From an uncultured Bacteroidales bacterium (lineage in GTDB: Bacteria > Bacteroidota > Bacteroidia > Bacteroidales > BM520): a stretch of 64,000 nt of DNA. Position numbers and translations under genes: made by a program. Under the pieces are notes generated by a model that was given only the letters and a program-made list of their open reading frames with translations, did not search any database and had not been told where the DNA came from. The stretch spans positions 13,390 through 77,389 of the forward strand of contig CAYYSU010000005.1 in NCBI GenBank assembly GCA_964474455.1. Reading direction: 5' to 3'. The stretch's first letter is position 1; every line of letters starts with the position of its first letter. Positions 1-8,371 of this stretch are shown piece after piece.

Positions 1-44
1 TCATCATATTTTATTTCTCTATCTCTGATGTGTCTGCTTTTTCC

Positions 45-52
45 TATTTTTG
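45..52 (+). promoter_or_regulatory. Candidate Bacteroidota -7 promoter box (TATTTTTG, fits TAnnTTTG)
   Basis: Exact match to the TAnnTTTG -7 consensus for Bacteroides-type sigma-A promoters, 20 nt upstream of the ATG at 72. Confidence 0.35.
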
Positions 53-71
53 AACTGAAAATTATATTATC

Positions 72-1364
72 ATGAAATATTATCATCATTTTACCATAAT
101 ACTACTACTCTGTTCCTTTACCGGGATGTCGCAAATCTTTGTTAAAGAGTATTATCCCGGCGATACTACAGTGAAGGCTGAGGGCTATATGACGTCGGAT
201 TCAGTAAAGCATGGTCTTTGGACTACATACTACGATAGTGGAATAAAGGAGTCTGCCGGAATGATGGAAAACGGTCAGCAGTCGGGCGCCTGGAGATACT
301 GGTATCGCTTTGGGATGAAAAGGAAAGTAGCAAATTTTGGTGATGGCATTGATACTCTTTGGTATGCTGCCGGCAATGTGCAGTCTGTGGGATCGGTAAA
401 AAATGGACGTCGTGAAGGATCCTGGAAACAATTTTATCCCACCGGATCTTTTAAAGAGGATGTTATATACAGCAATGGAATGAAAGAGGGAGAAGTACAG
501 AGCTGGTATGAGAATGGAAGCATCTCTTTCGATGGACAGTTTACCCGCGACAGTCTGTGGGGCTATTGTAAATGGTGGTATGAAAACGGGAGTCTTGAAA
601 TGGAGGGTCGCGTTGATCACGATCTGCAACAGGGTGTCTGGAAGTTCTATCACCCCAACGGGCAGCTGGGAAGCACAGGTCTGTTTGAGAATGGAATGCG
701 GCAGGGTGAATGGATTTTCTACTACGAAACAGGAGAGAAATGGAAATCCGGGTCTTATGTTAACGACGTTAGGGAAGGAGAGTGGATAGTATGGTATGAG
801 CACGGACAAATTCATCATAAAGGTTCTTTCCTGCATGATAAAGAGAACGGTTTGTGGCAGCAGTGGTATTCCAATGGCTCTTTGAGCTATCAGGGCAACT
901 TCAAAGCCGGGGAAATGCATGGTTTGTGGGAAGGATGGTACGACTCGGGTGCGTTGAAATACAGAAATAATTACGCAAACAACCAACGCGACGGAATGTC
1001 TCAGTATTGGTTCAGAAATGGTCAAATGAAATATCAGGGCTATTTTAAAAAAGGTATGCGCCACGGCCACTGGACCGAGTGGTCAGAGTATGGGAAATGT
1101 ATCCGCAAAGGGGATTATAATAATGATGCAAAACACGGAAAGTGGTCATACTATGATGAGGCTGGGGTAAGAATCCGGGAGCAGAATTTCCGGGATAATA
1201 GCCCCGATGGAGCGTGGAAGACATTTCATATGAACAACAAGGTCAGTGGTGAAGGGAAATATGTAGATAAGAAAAAACAAGGCACGTGGAAATACTATAA
1301 TGAAGCCGGGCAACTAATCCGGAAGGTAGTTTATAAAAATGACCGAATAGTCAGCTCAGATTAG
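72..1364 (+). CDS. Secreted MORN-repeat-variant (YwqK-like) repeat protein
   Basis: Hydrophobic N-terminal signal-like segment (FTIILLLCSFTGMSQ). It is followed by 16 tandem units of about 23 aa with core G-x-W-x-x-[YWF][YW]-x-x-G, for example HGLWTTYYDSG, QGVWKFYHPNG, QGTWKYYNEAG. Confidence 0.8.
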   Translation: MKYYHHFTIILLLCSFTGMSQIFVKEYYPGDTTVKAEGYMTSDSVKHGLWTTYYDSGIKESAGMMENGQQSGAWRYWYRFGMKRKVANFGDGIDTLWYAAGNVQSVGSVKNGRREGSWKQFYPTGSFKEDVIYSNGMKEGEVQSWYENGSISFDGQFTRDSLWGYCKWWYENGSLEMEGRVDHDLQQGVWKFYHPNGQLGSTGLFENGMRQGEWIFYYETGEKWKSGSYVNDVREGEWIVWYEHGQIHHKGSFLHDKENGLWQQWYSNGSLSYQGNFKAGEMHGLWEGWYDSGALKYRNNYANNQRDGMSQYWFRNGQMKYQGYFKKGMRHGHWTEWSEYGKCIRKGDYNNDAKHGKWSYYDEAGVRIREQNFRDNSPDGAWKTFHMNNKVSGEGKYVDKKKQGTWKYYNEAGQLIRKVVYKNDRIVSSD

Positions 1365-2420
1365 ATTTTTGGTCGCTTTTTCCAGTGTAAAGCCAAAGGT
1401 GGTCCCAATACCTTTTTTACTACGAACATTTATGGTTTGATCATGTGAATGGATAATGTGTTTTACTATAGAGAGGCCTAATCCTGTTCCGCCCTGATCG
1501 CGCGAACGAGCCTTGTCGGTGCGGTAAAAACGTTCAAAAAGCCGTGGAATGGACTCTTCGGGAATCCCAATTCCATTATCACTTACCTCCACAAGGATGT
1601 TTTCTCCCATATCAAAGAAGCTAATGCCGGTTTGTCCATTGTCACTCTTACTATATTTAATAGCATTGTCGATGAGGTTTGTGAGAACCTGCCGTATCTC
1701 ATACCTGTCGGCAGAAACCACAATGTTACGATCAGGATTTCCAAGAAGAGATATGGCATTACCATTTGTCTTTGCTTTTACCTCCAAAAATTCTATTACA
1801 TCTTTTGTAAGTGTAACGATGTCAAAAACCTCTTTTTGTGGTTGTAATTCTCCGCTTTCCAGCTTGCTGATAGCCTCCAGATCATTGACAATGGCTATCA
1901 TCCTGTTAATACTCTGTTCTGTTTTGAGCAGGTATTTTCTATTTATGGAGGAATCCTCAATTCCACCATCAAGAAGAGTAAGGACATAGCCCTGCATATT
2001 AAATATCGGTGTTTTGAGCTCATGAGATACATTGCCAATAAATTCGCGCCTGTAGCTTGCGCTCTGCTCCAGGTCGCGAATCTTACGGCTTTGAATCTCT
2101 GCCCACTCTTTAACTTCGGTATTTACCTTTTCAAGAACATCATCTTCATTAAGATCTATGGTGCTACTCTTTTGTCCTTTGGGGCGCTTAAGGTTGTGGA
2201 TTGTTTTATAAATGAGTTTTATCTTTTTATAAAAAAAATTCTCAAGTGTTGTTTTGATAAGAATATAGGATGAAAGAAAAATAAACAGCGCAATACCTAT
2301 TATCCCCGGAGCCGATAGCCCTGGGAATAACAAATTGTTAATGATAAGTAGAAGTATCATTACTGCGGTTATTACCACCGCATTGAATAGAGCCAGATTT
2401 TTGGGAGAGTTAAACTGCAT
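1356..2420 (-). CDS. Sensor histidine kinase (intramembrane-sensing type, HisKA + HATPase_c)
   Basis: H-box SHELKTPI, N-box NLIDNAIKYS, G1 DNGIGIP, G2 GGTGLGLSIV. Two N-terminal TM helices are joined by only a few residues. The 3' end overlaps the convergent upstream gene by 9 nt. Confidence 0.9.
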   Translation of the reverse strand: MQFNSPKNLALFNAVVITAVMILLLIINNLLFPGLSAPGIIGIALFIFLSSYILIKTTLENFFYKKIKLIYKTIHNLKRPKGQKSSTIDLNEDDVLEKVNTEVKEWAEIQSRKIRDLEQSASYRREFIGNVSHELKTPIFNMQGYVLTLLDGGIEDSSINRKYLLKTEQSINRMIAIVNDLEAISKLESGELQPQKEVFDIVTLTKDVIEFLEVKAKTNGNAISLLGNPDRNIVVSADRYEIRQVLTNLIDNAIKYSKSDNGQTGISFFDMGENILVEVSDNGIGIPEESIPRLFERFYRTDKARSRDQGGTGLGLSIVKHIIHSHDQTINVRSKKGIGTTFGFTLEKATKNLI

Positions 2421-2485
2421 GACAATAAAATATTAATTCGATACATATATAACTCGTATGCTTAGTATTTGTTGAAAAGATACCT

Positions 2486-3169
2486 TTATGATTCGAATTT
2501 GTAGCCTACACCTTTTACAGTTTTGATATTTGTGATATCAAGTTTTTCACGAATCTTCCGGATATGAACATCAATAGTCCGGTCGCCAACGATAACATCA
2601 GTGCCCCAAACGCGTTCAAAGATTTCATCCCGAGTAAATACCTTATCCGGCTTTGAGGTCAGAAGTGAAAGTATTTCGAACTCTTTCTTTGGCATGGAAA
2701 TGCTAACACCTTTTTTTTCAACGATATATCTCTCTTGATCGATTATTATGCCGCATACTTCTTTGCGGTCTGCAGATTGGTCAGCGTCACGGTAACGACG
2801 CAGTAAAGCTTTTACTTTAGAAACCAATACCTTTGGCTTGATGGGCTTAGTAACATAGTCGTCAGCTCCGGCATCAAAACCGGCTATTTGGCTGTAATCT
2901 TCACCTCTGGCGGTCAGGAAAATGATAATTATAGATTCACTATCATCTAGCTTACGTATCTCAGAGCAAGCTTCAATACCATCAATCTCGGGCATCATAA
3001 CGTCAAGAATAATCAGATGTGGCTTTACCTTACCTGCCAGTTCTATGGCTTCTTTACCATTGGAACCTGTAAATACCTGGTAGCCTTCCTTTTTCAAATT
3101 ATAGGAGAGGAATTCCAGCACATCGGGCTCATCATCAACCAAAAGAATTTTGTAAATTTCGTTACCCAT
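2486..3169 (-). CDS. OmpR/PhoB-family response regulator (REC + winged-helix)
   Basis: LLVDDEPD acidic pocket, phospho-acceptor context LIILDVMMP, conserved Lys in VTKPIKP. C-terminal Trans_reg_C-like RTIDVHIRKIREKL...VKGVGYKF. Lies 65 nt upstream of the kinase on the same strand. Confidence 0.92.
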   Translation of the reverse strand: MGNEIYKILLVDDEPDVLEFLSYNLKKEGYQVFTGSNGKEAIELAGKVKPHLIILDVMMPEIDGIEACSEIRKLDDSESIIIIFLTARGEDYSQIAGFDAGADDYVTKPIKPKVLVSKVKALLRRYRDADQSADRKEVCGIIIDQERYIVEKKGVSISMPKKEFEILSLLTSKPDKVFTRDEIFERVWGTDVIVGDRTIDVHIRKIREKLDITNIKTVKGVGYKFES

Positions 3170-3327
3170 TCTGTTTTAGTGTTTTCGCATGAAGCAAATG
3201 TATTAATAATTAATCAGGCGCATGTTACTTAATGTTTATTTCATGCATTTGATAATTTCTTACATTTACCGTGAAATAGAGATAGTCTCACTTTATTAGT
3301 GATTAAAGGTAGTAAAAATTAAATGTT

Positions 3328-3981
3328 ATGAAGAATTTCTCTCTCATTATACTGGTGTTAAATTTAGTTTTCCTCTCCGGTGTTTCGGCGCAACAGTTTA
3401 ATGGTGGAATAATTGGAGGCATATCAGCCTCTGAGATTATGGGCGATCAACTTCATGGTCCCAATAAGCTGGGAGCTTATGCCGGAGTTTTCGCAAACAT
3501 ATACATTACTGATCGCTCAGCCCTCCAGATGGAGCTTGATTTTGTGCAGAAAGGAAGCCGTAAGGTTCCCGGTGCCGCCGATACTATTCCAAATCAAGTA
3601 TATGATTATAAACTTGTTTTGAATTATATAAATGTTCCATTTTTGTATCGTTATGACTGGACAAAATACATCTCTGTGGAAGTGGGTCCCAGTTTTAGTT
3701 TTTTGCTTAATAGTTATGAAATGGTAAATGGCTGGGAGAATGATGATGTTAATGGCGGAGATTTCAACTTCCTTGATTTTGGCATTGATGTGGGAGCAAG
3801 TTTTCGTTTTTTACTTAACTGGGAGCTTAATGTACGATATTCCAATACCTTTTTCCTTACTCCGGTTCGTGCCCATGCCGGGAACACACAAACATTCTTC
3901 AATCGTGGACAATTAAACGAAGTGTTGAGCTTCACCCTGCACTATACTATGTTTGCTCGTGGCCGCAGATGGTTTGAATAA
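3328..3981 (+). CDS. Small outer-membrane beta-barrel (porin-family/PorT-like) protein
   Basis: Signal peptide ending SGVSAQQ, alternating amphipathic strands, aromatic-rich C-terminal region. Size is typical of 8-10 stranded barrels. Confidence 0.6.
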   Translation: MKNFSLIILVLNLVFLSGVSAQQFNGGIIGGISASEIMGDQLHGPNKLGAYAGVFANIYITDRSALQMELDFVQKGSRKVPGAADTIPNQVYDYKLVLNYINVPFLYRYDWTKYISVEVGPSFSFLLNSYEMVNGWENDDVNGGDFNFLDFGIDVGASFRFLLNWELNVRYSNTFFLTPVRAHAGNTQTFFNRGQLNEVLSFTLHYTMFARGRRWFE

Positions 3982-3984
3982 AAA

Positions 3985-4017
3985 AAACCGACACCTCAAT
4001 AATATAAGTGCCGGTTT
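3985..4017. terminator. Bidirectional intrinsic terminator hairpin between convergent genes
   Basis: AAACCGACAC / GTGCCGGTTT stem (one mismatch) with a 13-nt loop. Flanked by an A7 run on the left, which reads as a T-run for the minus-strand gene ending at 4038. Confidence 0.6.
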
Positions 4018-4037
4018 GTATCTTTAGGTTTTTAATT

Positions 4038-4817
4038 CTAATATGGTTTAATGCGATAAGCAGAGCGCCACCAGCTGTAGTGGTTTCTCTGTAACTCATC
4101 CAGTGATGGGTATTTGTAGAATATTGTGTTATCCTGATCCGCCACAAAGAATCCATTCTTGATAGTCTGAAACAGAATGTCACCGACATAAAAACGGATG
4201 ATCGTTTTTGTTGGCTTGGTATCTTTACTCTTAAGATCTATCAAACAGTCACGCATGTGGTTGATATTGGAATATGGCAGGTTTGTGGAGTATCCTGAGA
4301 CAGGATTTGTTGCCAGTTCACCAAGACGTAACTCCACGAAAACGAGCTTAGGGAAGCTAACCGCATTGTCATGTGAGGTCATAAATTTACCATAAGCTAC
4401 CGGATCGAGGTTGCTGGCAACCCTTGGGTGAGCGGGGCAGAGCTGTTGGTAAAGGTGCAACGGAGTTGATTCCTGGGGCTTATATTCAGACTTTACAAGT
4501 TCTAATGTTTTACCATCTTCGGTGATAAGGTATAGATTCTTAAGTGCGTCCAAAGGTATATGCTCAAGAGCACGATAGGTAGAGAGGTATTTTGATCGCT
4601 TCGGCTTCCCGTCAGGCATAGGAACACACTCTTTCTCAATAATATCCAATGGGAAGTATGTTTCATCGAGTTTCTCAACATCAACCTCAAAAAACATTGC
4701 CTGTCCTTTTGTTCGCTTCTTGGCCCCAACAGCCAGATAATCACCAAAATCCTGTGGGGGAAGCATACTGGAAATAAGCGCTTCCGGTGTCATTGACAAA
4801 TAAACATATCTTTTCAT
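4038..4817 (-). CDS. Hypothetical protein (259 aa), no motif recognised
   Basis: Long uninterrupted ORF with ordinary globular composition, ATG start, own terminator. No signal peptide, TM segment or catalytic motif that I can identify. Confidence 0.6.
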   Translation of the reverse strand: MKRYVYLSMTPEALISSMLPPQDFGDYLAVGAKKRTKGQAMFFEVDVEKLDETYFPLDIIEKECVPMPDGKPKRSKYLSTYRALEHIPLDALKNLYLITEDGKTLELVKSEYKPQESTPLHLYQQLCPAHPRVASNLDPVAYGKFMTSHDNAVSFPKLVFVELRLGELATNPVSGYSTNLPYSNINHMRDCLIDLKSKDTKPTKTIIRFYVGDILFQTIKNGFFVADQDNTIFYKYPSLDELQRNHYSWWRSAYRIKPY

Positions 4818-4876
4818 ATATATCTTTGTTAAAGTTTGTAATCAGTATTTTTTCTAGTATTGACCAAAAATAACAA

Positions 4877-5809
4877 TTATTTATGAATCGTGCTATCCAC
4901 AAATCGGATATTACGTATTATATTCTCCTCGCCACATCTCAGCAGTGCTGTGTTTTTGAATATTTTCTTAAAACTTTCATCATTTGTTGAGGTCACACCA
5001 TCCTTTTGCAGCGTTGATATTGCTGATATTGTTTTAAACAGAGGCTCTTTGTGAGGTGTTGCAAACTTGTTCCATGGGCATACCTGCTGACAAATATCAC
5101 AACCGAAGATTTGTTTTCTGAAGTCATGGTTCATCTCTTCATTAAAATTGGATTTATGTTCTATGGTTAGATAGGAGATGCATCTGTTGGCATCGAGCAC
5201 TCCCGGCGCTCTTATGGCTTCCGTTGGACAGGCATCAATGCAGCGCGTACATGTGCCACATCGATCCTCTACAGGTACATCAACAGCAGCCTCTAAGGTG
5301 GTGATAATTTCTCCAATAAAAAACCAGGATCCTCTCTTTGGATGTATCAGGCAGGAGTTTTTTCCTATCCAACCCAACCCGGCCTGCCTGGCCCAGGCTC
5401 TCTCCAGTACCGGTGCTGAATCCGTGAAAACACGATATTTATGCGCTCCAAAGGTATCAGTGAGACGCTCTGCAAGCTGTTGTAACTTTTGCTTTATGAT
5501 ATAATGATAATCATAGCCTTGCGCATACATGGAGACTCTGTATTTGTTGTTTTTTTCGGGCTTCTCATCATAATAATTATACAAAACAGATATTACAGAT
5601 CTGGCATTCTCCACCAGCAGCCCGGGATTCAGCCTTTTATCCATATTTCGCTCCATATACAACATGGAGGCGTGTCTGTTTTCAGTGATAAAATTATTAA
5701 GGTGTTCCTCTTCTTCCCCTAAAACCCTTACCGATGCGATTCCGCATGCTTCGAAGCCCAGCTTTAAAGCCTCTTCTTTAATAAATGTTTTTCTTGCACC
5801 GGGATCCAT
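4877..5809 (-). CDS. queG: Epoxyqueuosine reductase (tRNA queuosine biosynthesis)
   Basis: Two ferredoxin-type 4Fe-4S motifs, CGTCTRCIDACPT and CDICQQVCPWN. Length and N-terminal DUF1730-like region are typical of QueG. Confidence 0.88.
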   Translation of the reverse strand: MDPGARKTFIKEEALKLGFEACGIASVRVLGEEEEHLNNFITENRHASMLYMERNMDKRLNPGLLVENARSVISVLYNYYDEKPEKNNKYRVSMYAQGYDYHYIIKQKLQQLAERLTDTFGAHKYRVFTDSAPVLERAWARQAGLGWIGKNSCLIHPKRGSWFFIGEIITTLEAAVDVPVEDRCGTCTRCIDACPTEAIRAPGVLDANRCISYLTIEHKSNFNEEMNHDFRKQIFGCDICQQVCPWNKFATPHKEPLFKTISAISTLQKDGVTSTNDESFKKIFKNTALLRCGEENIIRNIRFVDSTIHK

Positions 5810-5818
5810 ACAGATGTT

Positions 5819-6844
5819 TTATTTGAACAGTGAGTTTTGTTTCGACCCGGGAGTACGACCCAAATGGTAGTATGCTTTCTCTGTTACTTCCCGCCCGCGT
5901 GGTGTTCTTACCAGAAAACCTTCCTGAATAAGATATGGCTCATATACCTCTTCTATTGTTCCTGCATCCTCACCAACAGCCGTTGAGATGGTGGTAAGAC
6001 CCACTGGCCCACCTTTAAATTTATCTATCATAGTGCTAAGAACTCTGTTGTCCATCTCATCGAGGCCATAGGCGTCCACGTTAAGAGCCTCCAATGAGTA
6101 TTTTGCTATTTTTAGATCTACTACCCCTGTGCCTTTTATTTGTGCGAAGTCGCGGACTCTTCTCAACAGCAGGTTGGCGATACGGGGCGTTCCCCTGGAT
6201 CTACGTGCTATCTCCAGCGCTGCCTGATCTTCAATGGGTACATTTAATATTGATGAAGAACGCAAAACGATATGCTTCAGTGTTTCGGAGTCATAATAAT
6301 TTAGCCTGGAATTGATTCCGAAACGCGAGCGTAATGGTGCGGTAAGCAATCCGGATCGGGTAGTAGCGCCTATAAGCGTAAAGGGATTGAGGTCTATCTG
6401 TACACTTCTGGCGTTGGGGCCGGTATCAATAAGTATATCGATTTTATAATCTTCCATCGCCGAGTAGAGATACTCTTCCACGATTGGATTCAGGCGATGT
6501 ATCTCATCGATAAAGAGCACGTCATTTGAATTAAGATTAGTGAGCAGGCCTGCCAGTGCTCCCGGTTTGTCAAGTACCGGCCCTGATGTCATTTTTACAT
6601 CCACTGCCAATTCGTTGGCAATGATATACGAGAGAGTTGTCTTTCCTAATCCGGGAGGACCATGTAGTAACACATGGTCAAGTGCTTCGCCCCGGCGACG
6701 TGCGGCAGTACAAAATATTATTAGGTTTTCCACTACCTTGGGTTGACCCGCAAAAGCGGCAAAATCTGTTGGTCTTAAGGCATTTTCATACTCCTGATCC
6801 GTCGGATTCATCCGGCTCTTTTCGGGATTAAGATTATCGTTCAT
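5819..6844 (-). CDS. ruvB: Holliday junction branch migration helicase RuvB
   Basis: Walker [10 protein letters not shown], Walker [11 protein letters not shown], sensor region [17 protein letters not shown]-terminal winged helix. Start moved to the ATG at 6844 (MNDNLNPEK...) because the 68-codon ORF extension overlaps the divergent gene and is non-homologous low-quality sequence. Confidence 0.95.
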   Translation of the reverse strand: MNDNLNPEKSRMNPTDQEYENALRPTDFAAFAGQPKVVENLIIFCTAARRRGEALDHVLLHGPPGLGKTTLSYIIANELAVDVKMTSGPVLDKPGALAGLLTNLNSNDVLFIDEIHRLNPIVEEYLYSAMEDYKIDILIDTGPNARSVQIDLNPFTLIGATTRSGLLTAPLRSRFGINSRLNYYDSETLKHIVLRSSSILNVPIEDQAALEIARRSRGTPRIANLLLRRVRDFAQIKGTGVVDLKIAKYSLEALNVDAYGLDEMDNRVLSTMIDKFKGGPVGLTTISTAVGEDAGTIEEVYEPYLIQEGFLVRTPRGREVTEKAYYHLGRTPGSKQNSLFK

Positions 6845-6908
6845 AAAACTTTTCTTTCTAAAACCAAAGATAATAATTCTTATCTTAGTGCCGTAAATAA
6901 TCTGAACT

Positions 6909-7373
6909 ATGAAGAATGTTGCCTCGATAATAATTCTTCTTGTGACCGTGGCGTTTTCGCTTAGTGCACTAGCGCAGGAAGGATATGTTCGTGTAAGCCA
7001 GAGTGCTGAGATGGATTCTCTGTTGATACGTGATAAGGAGTGGCGCACCGAAAACCCCGAATGGGAAGGGTATCGTATTCAGGTGTTTTTTGATGCAGGG
7101 AATAACTCAAAGCGTAAAGCTCAGGATGTGATGGAAGGTTTTGTTATGGAATTTGAAAAAATTCCCGCCTTTCTCTCTTTCCGAGAACCCTATTATCGGG
7201 TCAGAGTGGGAAATTTCCATACCCGGTTACAGGCTGCAGAAGTACTTTCTACAATTGCCCGCAAATATCCCGGAGCTTTTGTTGTAAAAGAAACGATAAA
7301 TCCGGAAATACCATCCTTTCAGGAACTTAATCCTCATGAGGAAAAAAAATCTGAAGAAGAGTATGAGAATTAA
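6909..7373 (+). CDS. SPOR (peptidoglycan-binding) domain protein
   Basis: Signal peptide (SLSALAQE) followed by a SPOR-like segment: [20 protein letters not shown]...[19 protein letters not shown]. Confidence 0.75.
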   Translation: MKNVASIIILLVTVAFSLSALAQEGYVRVSQSAEMDSLLIRDKEWRTENPEWEGYRIQVFFDAGNNSKRKAQDVMEGFVMEFEKIPAFLSFREPYYRVRVGNFHTRLQAAEVLSTIARKYPGAFVVKETINPEIPSFQELNPHEEKKSEEEYEN

Positions 7374-7418
7374 AAACTATAATACTATTTTTGACGTTAT
7401 AATATTAAACCTTCGGCC

Positions 7419-8264
7419 ATGAAAGATATAATTGTTGGTATAGATTTTAGCGACTGCAGTTTAAATGCTTTGGAGCATGCAGCTCATTTAGCTTATAAAA
7501 CGAAGCATGACCTATTGATGGTTTTTGTGAACAATCCAAATCGTAGCACCACTATTTTAAGTGGTGAGGTTGATATCATTACTGAAGCTAAACAACGCCT
7601 CTCAGAGTTGGTAAATAAGTATAATAAAAAATATCCAGAGGTATCATTTTCCTACAATATTAGAGAGGGAAAAGTTTTTGACAGAATTTGTGCGCAGGCA
7701 ACAGAAGTAGATGCCTTTATTGTTGTGGTGGGAACCCATGGTGCCAGTGGTTTTGAAGAGTTCTGGATTGGCAGTAATGCACAAAAAATAGTATCAATGA
7801 CCCCGTGTCCTATTCTTACTATTCGCCATTCAAGAGAAATATCTACCGACTTGAAAACAATAGTATTTCCTATTGATAGTACTTTGGAAACACGGCAAAA
7901 AGCTCCAATTACCACAGATCTGGCACTGGCATTTGGTGCTAAAGTGCATATCCTTAAACTCTACTCCACGTCAGTAGAAGCTGTGCGTGCAACAGTAGAT
8001 GCTTATGCCCGCCAGGTGAAAGATTATTTTGATACTAGTGACGTAGATACCATAATTGAAGAACGTGAGGCTGATAATATTACGAATACAACCCTCGAAT
8101 ATGCACGTGAAGTGGGAGCAAACCTCATATCTATCATGACTGAACAGGAAAAAACTACCCTGAACTGGTTCCTGGGAACATTCGCAAATCAGATGATCAA
8201 CCACTCTGAAATCCCTGTCCTCAGCGTCCGTCCAAAAGAATTTATTCGTACCTTATCACGATAG
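7419..8264 (+). CDS. Tandem universal stress protein (UspA family)
   Basis: Two Usp-like halves, each beginning with I(V/F)xxIDFS/PIDS and containing G(T)HG...G-type ATP-binding loop context (VVGTHGASGFEEFWIGSNAQKIV). Confidence 0.8.
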   Translation: MKDIIVGIDFSDCSLNALEHAAHLAYKTKHDLLMVFVNNPNRSTTILSGEVDIITEAKQRLSELVNKYNKKYPEVSFSYNIREGKVFDRICAQATEVDAFIVVVGTHGASGFEEFWIGSNAQKIVSMTPCPILTIRHSREISTDLKTIVFPIDSTLETRQKAPITTDLALAFGAKVHILKLYSTSVEAVRATVDAYARQVKDYFDTSDVDTIIEEREADNITNTTLEYAREVGANLISIMTEQEKTTLNWFLGTFANQMINHSEIPVLSVRPKEFIRTLSR

Positions 8265-8284
8265 CAGACACCCTATATATTTAA

Positions 8285-8321
8285 CAGCCGTATAATCAGA
8301 TGACTATACGGCTGTTTTTTT
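8285..8321 (+). terminator. Rho-independent terminator of the usp gene
   Basis: CAGCCGTATA ... TATACGGCTG perfect 10-bp stem followed by T7. Confidence 0.75.
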
Positions 8322-8327
8322 CGTCAG

Positions 8328-8349
8328 GGGCAGACACATGTGTCTGCCC
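8328..8349. repeat. Perfect 22-bp palindrome GGGCAGACACATGTGTCTGCCC (second hairpin between convergent genes)
   Basis: Self-complementary over all 22 nt. Lies 23 nt downstream of the stop of the minus-strand dipeptidase gene. Confidence 0.6.
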
Positions 8350-8371
8350 TTATATCTTTCTGCCAATGAAA

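Noticed and set aside
201-1070. 289-aa ORF antisense to the MORN-repeat gene, plus a 93-aa sense-strand alternate-frame ORF at 508..789
   Set aside because: It lies entirely inside a repeat-rich gene whose biased codon content suppresses stops on the opposite strand. Its translation is low-complexity with no motifs. The sense-strand protein has a clear repeat family signature.
6845-7048. 68-codon N-terminal extension of the RuvB ORF overlapping the divergent SPOR gene
   Set aside because: RuvB homology begins at the internal ATG (6844). The extension is hydrophobic, unrelated sequence and would overlap the start of the neighbouring gene.
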